Source: a virus (Duplodnaviria; Caudoviricetes). From it: 64,000 bases of DNA. The notes under the pieces are model-generated. The model was not told the origin of the DNA. It ran no database searches and worked only from the letters and a program-made list of their open reading frames with translations. Where the stretch lies: IMG/VR virus record IMGVR_UViG_3300031953_000001. One strand, 5' to 3'. The position numbers and the translations under genes are program-made. Below, piece after piece: positions 46,949 to 57,246 of the stretch. Numbering within the stretch: the stretch's first letter is position 1; every line of letters begins with the position of its first letter.

Positions 46949-48217
46949 ATGAGTAAGACCCAACCGTTGTTGGACTTCTACACGGATATGTTAGCGTCGA
47001 TGAACATCGTCGACGCCTCCGATGGACGTTTGTCGCTGAAGGTCCCCAACGAAGACGGCGAGTACAGCGACTTGCCTTGCTTGTCCAACGACCGGCGGGT
47101 GGTGTTGCCCACCGACGCCATTCTTCGAGGAGGTTCCTTGGACGGCATGATCGCCATCCACCCTCTGTCGGAGAACTTGTTGCGCGGGGAGAGCGAGATC
47201 ATCAAGTTCCTGCGCAAGATGGTGAAGTTCCGTCTGAGCAGCGTGGCCTCCCAGCTGTTGATCGAGCTGATGGACATAGCGTCTGACCCTGAGCGACATG
47301 AGGACCTCAGTCCCCGACAAGGTGAGTACTTACGCCACGTCCCCAACGCCAACACCAAGACACTGAAAGCGTTGAGTAAGATCATCGAGCAACACTCAGA
47401 CGACATCATCAACATCTACCTGAAGCGCGAAGGCGGGCGTGGGGATGAGACTTACCGTCGCCTAGCGTCGGTCAGTTTCCCGATCTGGGATCAGCTCAAT
47501 AGTCCCGGGTCCAAGGTGTATGAAATCGAAACCGGCAGCGCCAAGAACAAGAAGACCATTGCGTCTTTGTTTGAGTTTGTGTTTCCGGACATCGATCACC
47601 CCGAAGCTTGGTCTGTGGGTAGCAACAGCGGCGTAGCGCCTTACTTCGACGCTCTGATGCGGTGTTACTCGCAGATGGGACGGCACTTGGCTCGATTGGT
47701 GTACAAGTACCGTAAGTACCTGGACTACCCGGACTTGTTGCGCGGCAATCTGGACTGGGATGAGGGCCTGGATAACCTGGAGAAGTGGAAGACGTTGATT
47801 CCACCGCTACCGGGCAACGAAGGTGCGGGTAAGAAAGGAGAGAAGGAACCGGCTCCGGCAAAACAACCTGCCACCAGCCCTACCTTCAAACCCAACTACA
47901 GCGCCGTGGCGCAACAAACCACTACCGAGGCCCCTGAGAACACCGTGCCACCGTGGGAAGAGCAGCCCGTGGCTTACCCACCTACGACGCCTCCACAGCC
48001 CATTGCCGCGAGCGGTAAGGTCGACTGGCGTGCAGCGAGACAACAACAACAAGCGCACACACCTCAGGCGCCAGCGTGGGGTGGACCACAGTACCAGCAA
48101 CCTGCCCCGCCTAGCCACACCACATTCCCTATGGGATACTCGGGTCAACCACAACCGCAACAACCCCAACCCTGGGGTGGTGGTAACCCAGGTTACGGTG
48201 GCGGTACGTCTATCTAA
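46949..48217 (+). CDS. Conserved core protein (phiKZ gp70-like) with P/Q-rich tail
   Basis: HPLSENLLRGES motif; synteny; disordered C-terminus. Confidence 0.7.
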   Translation: MSKTQPLLDFYTDMLASMNIVDASDGRLSLKVPNEDGEYSDLPCLSNDRRVVLPTDAILRGGSLDGMIAIHPLSENLLRGESEIIKFLRKMVKFRLSSVASQLLIELMDIASDPERHEDLSPRQGEYLRHVPNANTKTLKALSKIIEQHSDDIINIYLKREGGRGDETYRRLASVSFPIWDQLNSPGSKVYEIETGSAKNKKTIASLFEFVFPDIDHPEAWSVGSNSGVAPYFDALMRCYSQMGRHLARLVYKYRKYLDYPDLLRGNLDWDEGLDNLEKWKTLIPPLPGNEGAGKKGEKEPAPAKQPATSPTFKPNYSAVAQQTTTEAPENTVPPWEEQPVAYPPTTPPQPIAASGKVDWRAARQQQQAHTPQAPAWGGPQYQQPAPPSHTTFPMGYSGQPQPQQPQPWGGGNPGYGGGTSI

Positions 48218-48234
48218 ACGTTAATCCGGCATAG

Positions 48235-48264
48235 AGGGGAGGCACTTGCCTCCCCTTATTTTTT
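48235..48264 (+). terminator. Intrinsic terminator (possibly bidirectional)
   Basis: AGGGGAGGC-actt-GCCTCCCCT followed by TATTTTTT. Confidence 0.8.
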
Positions 48265-48268
48265 GTCG

Positions 48269-48631
48269 TCAAGCTACGCGACTTTTGTTGGCCAACTTCC
48301 GATTAACCCGATAGACACGGGTCAACCCATCAATCAAGCTCGCTTGCGGTATCTTTAAGACCAGTCGATCGGACTGATACTCCATCGGACTGGTGTACCC
48401 ATTCAATCGCATGATGATCCAATGAAATCTGGGTTCTATGGCGTAGTCCTGCAACACGCTGACCAGGTCCCCGTGTCCTTTATGGGCCGAACTTGGGTTG
48501 ATCTCCACCGACTCGGTCTGGGGGTGGTCCTTTAAGTAGCTGAGATGGTCTTCCAACATCTGTCGAAACCCCGAGTCGTAGTAGACCGCAGAACCTTCGT
48601 TGATCATCAGTCCGTTCAAAGTGATTGCCAT
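48269..48631 (-). CDS. Small conserved virion protein with a LysM-like segment
   Basis: GDLVSVL...WIIMRLNGYTSP resembles LysM/baseplate-wedge-type motifs; SD on the minus strand. Confidence 0.55.
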   Translation of the reverse strand: MAITLNGLMINEGSAVYYDSGFRQMLEDHLSYLKDHPQTESVEINPSSAHKGHGDLVSVLQDYAIEPRFHWIIMRLNGYTSPMEYQSDRLVLKIPQASLIDGLTRVYRVNRKLANKSRVA

Positions 48632-48691
48632 GGTGCCCCCTGGGCGCTGGTGGTCGTGTCGATACTATTCGGCATCAAGATAATTTCAAGA

Positions 48692-48705
48692 ATATATCAT
48701 TAGAA
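48692..48705 (+). promoter_or_regulatory. Putative phage promoter (partial match)
   Basis: ATATATCATTAGAA upstream of the nvRNAP beta gene. Confidence 0.45.
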
Positions 48706-48842
48706 GGATATCTTCGTATCAAACGATACACCGAGGTCTCATCTTGTGTATGAGCCCGGTTCCCGTAACACGGGCACTATGTCGTCGTCCCACCCAACAA
48801 TAAAAACCGCACTTCATTATAATCCGCATAAAGGAGTTACCA

Positions 48843-50927
48843 GTGATCGATGCACCTGTAAAAGAAACTCGACGTAACGAGCTTCGTCCCGACCTCTTGT
48901 CCGTCAATTGTCTACACCCCTGGCCCGGTCAGATCTCGTCCCCGCGCCTGCAGATGTTTGGCAGTCACATCAGTCAGAGTTTAACCACCGCCGACGCCAG
49001 CGAGCGACGTTGCTTTACCGGACTGGAACCCAAGTTCGGTGAATACACGTTCGGTATTCGGATGGAACACGACGCCCGGATATTAAAGAGCATTCAACGC
49101 TACCCTCGCACCATGGGCGCGCATGCCATCAAAGACAACCCCGAGACCATTTTGATTTACGAGTACGACCGCACTTTACCGAACGGGCGTATGGTAAAAG
49201 AAGTGGATTACATCAGTTGCCCGTCGCATCACGCCATTCACCAGTCGTTCGGCTTTAAGTACAACTACGATCAGTCGACGACCGAGTTTATGGGTAAAGG
49301 TACGGTGTTGGCTCAAAGTCCAGCCATTGCTAAGAACGGCAACTACAAATTCGGCTTGGAAGCCAATGTAGCGATGATGTCAGTCCCTCAGATCATTGAG
49401 GATGGCGTCGTGGCCAGTGAGTCTTTCTGTAAACGCATGACGACCACCGGCATTGAGACCTTTGTCATCAACTTCGGTAAGAACCGCTTCCCGTTGAACA
49501 TGTACGGCGACAACGACAACTACAAGATATTCCCAGACATCGGCGAACACGTCGCTGAGAGTGGTATCTTAATGACCATGCGCCGTTACGACGACGAACT
49601 GTCTCCGGTGACTATGTCGCGTGCTGCCTTGCAACGACCTGACTTTAAATACGACGAACGGGTCCACGTGGAGCCGGGCGCTAAGATCATCGACATCAAG
49701 GTACAGCACGACGATCGCTTGCGGGGCGCCATTCGGGGTAAGAACATGAACACCCCAGTGGGTATGCACACTCAGACGGATAAGTACCTGACCGCCGAGC
49801 AAGTGTTCTACAGCTCCGTACTCAATGAGTACAAACGGCTGTACGCCTCACGAAAAGAAGCGTTGCGCATCACTCCGAAGTTTCACAACCTGTTGGTTCG
49901 GGCCCATGCCTCAACCGCCACTGGCGACAAACGTCGGATGTTGAGAACCTATCGCGGCGTGCCGATCGACGAATGGCGGGTTGAGATCACCATCGAATAC
50001 CCCATTGTGCCGAACATCGGATTCAAGCTTACAGATTGCCATGGGGGGAAAGGCGTCATTTGTGACATCAAGCCCGATTCAGAAATGCCGTTGGACGCGG
50101 ACGGCAACCGGGCGGAGCTGATCATGGATGGACTGTCCACAGTGAAACGGATGAACGTCTCTCGATTGACCGAACAGTACCTGAACGCCACCGGACGCGA
50201 CATTGCTAACCGGATTCGCACCATGGCCGCCAATCCTAAGGAGCATACCCGAGAAGATATCGACAACTACCTATTGCCGTACTATCGACTGGTGAGCCCT
50301 CGGATGATCGAGTTGGTGACGGACAAAGACGGCAAGCTTACGGATGAGCACTTACAGGCGGTGTTGGACGACGGTATTTATCTGTGGCAACCTACGGATA
50401 ACGAAGTGGACATCATGGACGCTATCGCCACCTTAAATGAGCAATATCCACCTACCTTCGGACCAGTGACCTATCGGGGCATGAGCGGTGAGGTAAAACG
50501 CACCTCAACTCCCGTACTCATTGGCAGCATGTACATCATGCTCCTGGAGAAGACCGGACGCAACTGGGCCGGCGTGGCTTCATCTAAGCTCAGTCATTTT
50601 GGTACCCCTGCCAAGTTGACCAGCGCAGATAGACACAGCGCTCCAGGCCGTCCTCAACCGATCCGTTTCGGTGAGTCGGAGGCTCGGTTGTTCGTTGCTA
50701 TGGTCGGTGGTCAGGAAACGGCGAATCTGTTTGATCGGACCAACAACCCCATGGTGCGTAAAGCGGTGCAAGAACGCATTCTGCGTGAAGAGAAACCCAC
50801 GGCCTTAGAAGAAGTGATTGATCGAAGCAAGTACCCCAGCGGCAATGGCCGTATCTTGTCTTTGATCCGACACTTTGGTGAATGTGCGGGTTGGCGATTC
50901 ACGCGCGAAGAAACGTACAACGATTAA
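48843..50927 (+). CDS. nvRNAP beta C-terminal subunit (phiKZ gp71-73-like), uninterrupted
   Basis: KLTDCHGGKGV, ELIMDG and QPIRFGESE motifs; SD AAGGAG with GTG start. Confidence 0.92.
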   Translation: MIDAPVKETRRNELRPDLLSVNCLHPWPGQISSPRLQMFGSHISQSLTTADASERRCFTGLEPKFGEYTFGIRMEHDARILKSIQRYPRTMGAHAIKDNPETILIYEYDRTLPNGRMVKEVDYISCPSHHAIHQSFGFKYNYDQSTTEFMGKGTVLAQSPAIAKNGNYKFGLEANVAMMSVPQIIEDGVVASESFCKRMTTTGIETFVINFGKNRFPLNMYGDNDNYKIFPDIGEHVAESGILMTMRRYDDELSPVTMSRAALQRPDFKYDERVHVEPGAKIIDIKVQHDDRLRGAIRGKNMNTPVGMHTQTDKYLTAEQVFYSSVLNEYKRLYASRKEALRITPKFHNLLVRAHASTATGDKRRMLRTYRGVPIDEWRVEITIEYPIVPNIGFKLTDCHGGKGVICDIKPDSEMPLDADGNRAELIMDGLSTVKRMNVSRLTEQYLNATGRDIANRIRTMAANPKEHTREDIDNYLLPYYRLVSPRMIELVTDKDGKLTDEHLQAVLDDGIYLWQPTDNEVDIMDAIATLNEQYPPTFGPVTYRGMSGEVKRTSTPVLIGSMYIMLLEKTGRNWAGVASSKLSHFGTPAKLTSADRHSAPGRPQPIRFGESEARLFVAMVGGQETANLFDRTNNPMVRKAVQERILREEKPTALEEVIDRSKYPSGNGRILSLIRHFGECAGWRFTREETYND

Positions 50928-51001
50928 CAGAAACTCAGTGCGCTTACAGGCACTCCTTGTAAGCGCCCTTACCCCATTCTGTTATATGGAGCAGACAGAT
51001 C

Positions 51002-52936
51002 ATGACCAAACCCGTAACCATGAAAGCCCGTGATATACTGGCGTTGAGTAAAGATGAGTTGTGGGCCTTGCCTCACAGCACCCACCTCACCGTGGTGTTC
51101 GACGATGGGGAAGTGGTGACCACCACCAAACGCACCATCTACTGCACCTACTTGTGGAATATCCACCGGGTCTACCCAAAGACCCCTCTGCTGACGCGTC
51201 ATCACATGGGGATGGACCGCATCTCCAGTAAGGTCCACAACACGCTGCTGGAGACCATCTACCGTGACTGGTACACTACGTACTGCCAAGACCCAGACTA
51301 CGACCGTGAGGCCTGCTGGAAGCTGTTGTACGAGACGGTGAATGAGATCTACAACGATTTCACTCAACGCATCGACGATCACGTGGCAACCTTGAGTATC
51401 TTGGACTTTGTCCAGGTGCTGGATACCCCCGCCATCCGTGAAGCCAACAGCACAGTGGTGCCTACTCAGAAATCCATCAACGACACGTACGACTCGATCA
51501 CCAAGTCCTTGATGGACGATCAGGCGTTGAACCACAACGCCATTGCGCAAGCGGTGCGTTCGTCGCTGGTGGACATCAAACAGGTGCTGCAGTGTGTGGG
51601 TCCTCGGGGATTTCTCACCGAGATCAACTCCACCATCTGGCCACAACCCATCACCGTGGGTTACGCTCAAGGCATGCGGTCACTGTACGACTCTATGATC
51701 GAGTCTCGGTCGGCAGCCAAAGCCTTGATGTTTGCCAAGGACCCACTGGCGCAGTGCGAGTACTTTAACCGTAAATTGCAGTTGGTGGCCCAAGTGGTGG
51801 AAACCATCGCCCCAGGCGACTGTGGGTCTCAGCACTACATGTCGTGGAAGGTGGAGCCGTCTGAGTTGAAGGTGATGGCAGGCATTCATTACGTCGAGAA
51901 CGGTGAAGTGAAAACCATCAGCCCCACCGATCGGTCCTTGGAGGGACAGATCTTGCAGCTACGCACACCATTCGGGTGCATAGACCCAGATCGTCAGACG
52001 GTGTGTGAAGTCTGTTACGGACAACTGGCTCACTCCATCCCGGACGGTACAGTACCAGGGCATCTGGCGGCCATCAGTATCGGCGAGAAGACCTCCCAGC
52101 TGGTGTTGTCGACCAAACACGTTGACGGGTCCAGTTCGGTGGACGACATCGACTTAGGAGAAGCCTACGCGGCCTATCTGGTGCCTGGGGCTGAGGACAA
52201 CACCTTGCGGTTAAGTCCAGAGCTCAAAGGACTGCCGGTGCGCATTGTGATTCGAGAAGACTCCGCAAAGAGCCTTCCAGACATCGACATGCTCAACAAT
52301 CTAGACGACATCAACGTAGCACGCATCACTGAGATGTCGGATGCTAAGTTTCAGATCGGTCACGACGACGACGAAGGTGGGATGCATGAGATCACTGTTC
52401 CGGTGTCCATGGGTTCTCGGCTGGGTTCGTTAACGGCCGAGGCCTTGTATTACATCAAAGACCGTCGGTACAGTCAAGCTGACAACAACGACTACGTGAT
52501 CGATCTCACCGAATGGGATCACAGCCTAGCGTTGTTTGAATTGCCACTCAAGCATTTGAACATGCTGGATTATCAAGACAGCGTGGAGTCGGTAATTCTG
52601 TCGGCAGACAAGAAGTTTGGGCTAGCAAAGTTTGATGACCCAATGGAAGCGATCAAGTACCTGTTGGCGCTGATCAGCTCGAAGTTGAGCATCAACCTCT
52701 CACACGTGATGACCATCGCCTACGCGGTCAGTGCGGTTGATCCTAAGAACGCAGATTATCGACTGCCTCGCGGTGGTGAAGACTTCAAGTTCGCTCCTAT
52801 TGGCGAGCTGATGTCCAACCGATCCATGGGTGCAATGATGGCCTACGAGCGTCAGGAATCTCCGTTCACTAACCCAGAGACGTACATCATCCGTAATCGA
52901 CCCAGACACCCGATGGATTCACTACTTATCGGTTAG
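51002..52936 (+). CDS. nvRNAP beta' C-terminal subunit (phiKZ gp74-like)
   Basis: QCVGPRG, YFNRKLQL...DCGS, Zn-site LRTPFGC...VCEVCYG and IGEKTSQLVLSTKH. Confidence 0.92.
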   Translation: MTKPVTMKARDILALSKDELWALPHSTHLTVVFDDGEVVTTTKRTIYCTYLWNIHRVYPKTPLLTRHHMGMDRISSKVHNTLLETIYRDWYTTYCQDPDYDREACWKLLYETVNEIYNDFTQRIDDHVATLSILDFVQVLDTPAIREANSTVVPTQKSINDTYDSITKSLMDDQALNHNAIAQAVRSSLVDIKQVLQCVGPRGFLTEINSTIWPQPITVGYAQGMRSLYDSMIESRSAAKALMFAKDPLAQCEYFNRKLQLVAQVVETIAPGDCGSQHYMSWKVEPSELKVMAGIHYVENGEVKTISPTDRSLEGQILQLRTPFGCIDPDRQTVCEVCYGQLAHSIPDGTVPGHLAAISIGEKTSQLVLSTKHVDGSSSVDDIDLGEAYAAYLVPGAEDNTLRLSPELKGLPVRIVIREDSAKSLPDIDMLNNLDDINVARITEMSDAKFQIGHDDDEGGMHEITVPVSMGSRLGSLTAEALYYIKDRRYSQADNNDYVIDLTEWDHSLALFELPLKHLNMLDYQDSVESVILSADKKFGLAKFDDPMEAIKYLLALISSKLSINLSHVMTIAYAVSAVDPKNADYRLPRGGEDFKFAPIGELMSNRSMGAMMAYERQESPFTNPETYIIRNRPRHPMDSLLIG

Positions 52937-52947
52937 GATCAGGAGCC

Positions 52948-54486
52948 ATGGCCTCACGAACGACGATCACTCTCTACTCCCACGGGCTCATTGTAGAGCC
53001 CGGGAGTCAGCGCGCCCGAGAGGCCCTGGTGAATTACTGCCAAAAGCTGATTCAATGGGAGTTCACTAAGAAACCTCCGAGTTGGCGACCGATTCGCACT
53101 ATGAAGAAAGTCTACGCCGGAGCCACACGAGACCGCCGGGAGTTCCGCTTCCATCGGGCGTTGGAACAAGAACTCCTCCAGCAATTGGACAGCTATGGCG
53201 TTCGCCGTAGTGGGATTAAAATCATTGACCTACCCGTCCCGAAACCCCTTCGGGTCACCCACCCCATGATCGACTCCATGAAAGCCCGGGACTATCAGGT
53301 CCCGATGGTAGATTACATGGCCAATCCACAGCAAAAGATCAAGGTTACCAACCTTCAAACAGGTAAAGGCAAAACTGCCATCTCACTGATGGCAATGGTG
53401 CGCATGGGGTTAAGGACTGTGATTCAGTTGCGAGGCGGCTACGTCGCCCGTTGGATTGACGATCTGGAAGGATTGTTCACGTACAAGAAGGGCGACATCC
53501 TGGTCATCCGAGGTCGAGACGCGCTCATGTCGGTGATCAACATGGCCAAAGCGGACGATCTGGACGCTAAGGTGATCATCATCACCAACAAGACGCTCTA
53601 CAAGTTCTTTGAAGAGTTCGAGAAGAACCCACATGACAACTACTACGGCTGTCGGCCAGAGGAGCTCTACGGGCTTCTAAGAGCCGGTCTGAGAATCGTT
53701 GATGAGGTGCATGAAGATTACCATCTCAGTTTTCGTACCGATATCTATTGTAACATCCAATCTTCTATTCACTTATCTGCCACCCTGGACACAGAAGATC
53801 CGTTCCGGCGTCAGATGTACGACATCGCGTTGCCTCAGGATTGTTGGTATAAAGGGGTGGAGTACGACAAGTACATCATCTCGTACGCCTTGTTTTACAC
53901 GGCAAGCCCCGAGGCCATGCAGAAGCTTAGACTCAGCGAGAAAGGGCAAGACAACTACTCTCACGGCGCTTACGAGAAGTCCATCCTAAGACACCGCGAT
54001 CTTAAGGAAGTGTATTTAGACGTCTGTACCTACCCGGTGCAACGCTTCTACATAGAGGACGACTGGCAGGGGGGACAGAAGTGCATTGTGTTCTGTTACC
54101 TGGTGGAGTTCTGCGAGGTGCTTAGAGACCACTACCGTAAGCTCTACCCGGAACTGTCGGTGGAAGAGTACGTGGCAGAGACCGATGCGGGGGTCTTGAA
54201 GACGGCGGACATTATCGTCAGCACCATCAAGTCCGCAGGCACAGCGCAAGACATCCCCGATCTGAAAGTGGCCATCTTAACGCAAGCCGTGCGAAAGAAG
54301 GAAGCCAACATTCAGACCCTAGGGCGCTTGCGCAAGCTTAAGCGCTGGCCAGAGGTGACACCGGTGTTCGTGTACTTAAGCAATTCTGCGGTACCTGCCC
54401 ACATGAAGTACCATGAGGCTAAGAAGGAGATCTTTCGAACAGTCACGCTCACCCAACGATCGGAAGGCATGCCCCACCGATTGTAA
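52948..54486 (+). CDS. SF2 (DEAD/UvsW-like) helicase, phiKZ gp75-like
   Basis: Walker A QTGKGKT, Walker B IVDEVH, SAT and QTLGRLR motifs. Confidence 0.9.
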   Translation: MASRTTITLYSHGLIVEPGSQRAREALVNYCQKLIQWEFTKKPPSWRPIRTMKKVYAGATRDRREFRFHRALEQELLQQLDSYGVRRSGIKIIDLPVPKPLRVTHPMIDSMKARDYQVPMVDYMANPQQKIKVTNLQTGKGKTAISLMAMVRMGLRTVIQLRGGYVARWIDDLEGLFTYKKGDILVIRGRDALMSVINMAKADDLDAKVIIITNKTLYKFFEEFEKNPHDNYYGCRPEELYGLLRAGLRIVDEVHEDYHLSFRTDIYCNIQSSIHLSATLDTEDPFRRQMYDIALPQDCWYKGVEYDKYIISYALFYTASPEAMQKLRLSEKGQDNYSHGAYEKSILRHRDLKEVYLDVCTYPVQRFYIEDDWQGGQKCIVFCYLVEFCEVLRDHYRKLYPELSVEEYVAETDAGVLKTADIIVSTIKSAGTAQDIPDLKVAILTQAVRKKEANIQTLGRLRKLKRWPEVTPVFVYLSNSAVPAHMKYHEAKKEIFRTVTLTQRSEGMPHRL

Positions 54487-54544
54487 CACCGATTAACAAC
54501 GTCAAATGACACCGAGTTTATAGGCGAGTGCATCGCTTCTTTTA

Positions 54545-54570
54545 AGGGGACCTTCGGGTCCCCTCTTTTT
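54545..54570 (+). terminator. Intrinsic terminator
   Basis: AGGGGACC-ttcg-GGTCCCCT followed by CTTTTT. Confidence 0.8.
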
Positions 54571-54581
54571 CCCTAACCCCG

Positions 54582-55421
54582 ATGGAGACGTGTGTGTCTA
54601 ACCCCAACGAATTTGAAACCAAATGGCCTGAGATGAACAAAGCGCTCGAGATCGCCGGTCCCCTAACCCGAGGTAAGTTCGGTCTGATTGGCGGCATTAC
54701 CAACTCATATAAGACAGGTCTACTTAAAGAACTGTTTTATCAAATGTGCACAGGGAAGTCCGCGGCGCCAGTGTCACCTCAAAGGACACCAAAGATATTG
54801 TACATCACCGCCGACGAATCGGACACATCAATGGTAGAAGGATTTATTGATTTTGCCCGCATACAGAATGACCTTACTAGATCGAATGGCGATCGGGATC
54901 TGGCAGAAGACGACCTGGAGTTCCTAAGGAACACGTTGAATGAAAAAGGGTACGAAACGGAACTGCTACTCATGCCTTCCACGCCCCCTCAGACAGTGGA
55001 CGATCTGTGCGGTCTCATTAACGACTTCATCACCGATGAGTCGGAAGTCCACGCGGTGTTCATCGATGGCCTTGATAAATTCAATCAAGAACCGCTCAGC
55101 GATCACGTTGTGGCGTTGAAGACATTGAAGGCCTACGCCGCTAAACAAAACATCCTTCTGGTAGGAACCCATCAACTGTCGTTTAAATCAATGGCGGATC
55201 GACGCGAGGGCTTCACCGGCATCGAGTTGTTGAAGCTTGCCTACGGTCACTCGCATTGGGCGTTTGGCGGTGAGCAGATCGCCAACCTTGTAGACGTGGA
55301 GATCTTTGTGGATCTGCATAGGCAAAACCCCACTGTGGCCATACTTTGCGGCAGCCATAACCAAGGCATCGATGTTCCTTCAGACGACTGTCTATTTACC
55401 ATTACTTTTCCGCATTGGTAG
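54582..55421 (+). CDS. Truncated DnaB-like (RecA-fold) protein, paralog A
   Basis: LTRGKFGLIGGITNSYKTG, AVFIDG and LVGTHQLS resemble the ATPase domain of phiKZ-type DnaB; the N-terminal domain is missing. Confidence 0.7.
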   Translation: METCVSNPNEFETKWPEMNKALEIAGPLTRGKFGLIGGITNSYKTGLLKELFYQMCTGKSAAPVSPQRTPKILYITADESDTSMVEGFIDFARIQNDLTRSNGDRDLAEDDLEFLRNTLNEKGYETELLLMPSTPPQTVDDLCGLINDFITDESEVHAVFIDGLDKFNQEPLSDHVVALKTLKAYAAKQNILLVGTHQLSFKSMADRREGFTGIELLKLAYGHSHWAFGGEQIANLVDVEIFVDLHRQNPTVAILCGSHNQGIDVPSDDCLFTITFPHW

Positions 55422-55463
55422 ACTTGATACCCCAACCTTTACGGTCTTTCTAATCTTCTCCTA

Positions 55464-55490
55464 GGGAGACCTTCGGTCCTCCCCTTTTTT
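55464..55490 (+). terminator. Intrinsic terminator
   Basis: GGGAGACC-ttc-GGTCCTCCC followed by CTTTTTT. Confidence 0.75.
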
Positions 55491-55575
55491 AGTCTGTAAA
55501 CAACCGCCCCCAACAACGGAATGGGGGACTTCTGCATGGACGCTTTATTAACTCAACCTCCAAAGAGAGATAACC

Positions 55576-56736
55576 ATGAAGAAAATCGCTAAGTTTAACC
55601 CCAACGTCCGTAGCGTGGGTGAAGTGCTCACCCACAGCGTAAGCTGGGCACTCTTCAGTAACGTTCGCACCGTGATGAAGTATGTGGCACGCAGTCACCC
55701 GTTGCCCGCACCGGATCATCATCCTAATCTAAATGATCGGCAGCTGACCAACCCACTCCCACCCAATGAAGGTCGTGACCGCCGATTTCTTTCAGATTAC
55801 CATCCACCGATCCCCACGGTAGTACTGAACATCGTTCGTCATCTGACCGTTAAGGGGTTCGTTGCGTTACATCATTCTCGATCCCCAATCTCGATAAACG
55901 GCCATGACCGACTCCAATCTACGTTTCACTCTGAGACAATCGATGGCGAATCGAGATTGCACATGATCGTGGCAGATCGCCGACCCCATCCTACTCAGAA
56001 GGCTAAGTCGACAACCCCCATATATGTAGTTTGTCATTACTACATTTACCCAGACCGTAAAACAGATAACGTCCGTTGGGAGATTGAAACCTTCAACAGC
56101 GTAACGCCGGAACGACTGGACAGTTACCTTCCACCCCCGGGGGAATCGAAGTATTACCCCCCACTCGAGGGCGTTAAGTTGGCGTGCATATCCTACCTTA
56201 ACTATGGGTTTGGTCAGGCAACGAGCCGACGTGGCCCGGAGATTAAGTCGTTGGCTATTCAGACGAATCAACTGATCACCGCCATGGGCACCCTGTCTAC
56301 GCAGGCGCTACTGGACGAGATGCGAGTACGGTGGGTAGCCAAGTTATCAGATATTAGTGACAATATCTGGAGCGCGCAAGAGAAGCACTACATAGATGTA
56401 CCAACCTACCCGTTTGAGTTTAACGTCGATCCAACCCAGCGTGTTAAGTCACCCCACCCCGAATATGACGATTGTGAGGTTTGGGAATTGTTTGTCTATC
56501 GCGTAGAGAACGACGCCATGTCTACGACGTCGATCGTGCGGTATACCAACGAGTACAGGGTACTGAACAAACTAGGTACTAGCGTGAGTGATCGACAAGC
56601 ACGACGCCATGCCCGCCTAGCCACGAAGTATCAAGTCATGGCCAGAATCATCCGAGAAGTCGGACTCAATCCACCAGGCGATAATATCGACATATACAGC
56701 GACCGTTTGGGCGCTAAAATCGTGAAAGAGAGTTAA
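55576..56736 (+). CDS. Hypothetical protein
   Basis: 386-aa ORF flanked by terminators. Confidence 0.7.
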   Translation: MKKIAKFNPNVRSVGEVLTHSVSWALFSNVRTVMKYVARSHPLPAPDHHPNLNDRQLTNPLPPNEGRDRRFLSDYHPPIPTVVLNIVRHLTVKGFVALHHSRSPISINGHDRLQSTFHSETIDGESRLHMIVADRRPHPTQKAKSTTPIYVVCHYYIYPDRKTDNVRWEIETFNSVTPERLDSYLPPPGESKYYPPLEGVKLACISYLNYGFGQATSRRGPEIKSLAIQTNQLITAMGTLSTQALLDEMRVRWVAKLSDISDNIWSAQEKHYIDVPTYPFEFNVDPTQRVKSPHPEYDDCEVWELFVYRVENDAMSTTSIVRYTNEYRVLNKLGTSVSDRQARRHARLATKYQVMARIIREVGLNPPGDNIDIYSDRLGAKIVKES

Positions 56737-56765
56737 CTCCACACAGCAATGCAATTGCTGCTCCT

Positions 56766-56794
56766 AGGAAGGACTTCGGTCCTTCCCTTTTTTT
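56766..56794 (+). terminator. Intrinsic terminator
   Basis: GGAAGGAC-ttcg-GTCCTTCC followed by CTTTTTTT. Confidence 0.85.
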
Positions 56795-56826
56795 GCCTTC
56801 GTATGATTCTGATCTAAACTTATTTG

Positions 56827-56848
56827 AAACCTATATCACGAAGGTGAG
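56827..56848 (+). promoter_or_regulatory. Putative early promoter
   Basis: AAACCTATATCACGAAGGTGAG, same class as 19936 and 32970. Confidence 0.6.
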
Positions 56849-56881
56849 ACATGCCCCTCAACCTTTAAAAGGAAAAAATAT

Positions 56882-57229
56882 ATGTCAAAGCCTTTGAACG
56901 AAAATACCCGCAGCCGCTCCGTCACTATGACAGAGCGTGACTGGAAATTTCTATACGCGTTAGGTGGGAATAACGTGTCTTCCGGAATACGGATAGCGGT
57001 CGTTCTAGCTAAAACAATAGGCGGGCAGCCCGAGTACTTCCAAAAGTTCCTGAAAGAAAATAGCATCAGAAGCTCCGTCAAACTGACAGATCATGACAGG
57101 GAATTCTTGTTTGAATATGGCGGTAACAACGTGAATGCTGGTATAGCAGTGGCTGTCTCTTTAGCCAGAGATATGAATGCGAAGTTTGACTACATCCCAA
57201 AAGTGAATGTCGTTGATACGAAAATCTAA
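56882..57229 (+). CDS. Tandem ribbon-helix-helix-like repeat protein
   Basis: Two repeats: RSVTMTERDWKFLYALGGNNVSSGIRIAV and SSVKLTDHDREFLFEYGGNNVNAGIAVAV; SD AAGGA. Confidence 0.65.
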   Translation: MSKPLNENTRSRSVTMTERDWKFLYALGGNNVSSGIRIAVVLAKTIGGQPEYFQKFLKENSIRSSVKLTDHDREFLFEYGGNNVNAGIAVAVSLARDMNAKFDYIPKVNVVDTKI

Positions 57230-57246
57230 CCTTTAAGGAAACGACC

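Noticed and set aside
48843-50927. Intron or intein in the nvRNAP beta gene or terminase
   Set aside because: Both ORFs are continuous, of expected length, and show no intein or intron motifs.
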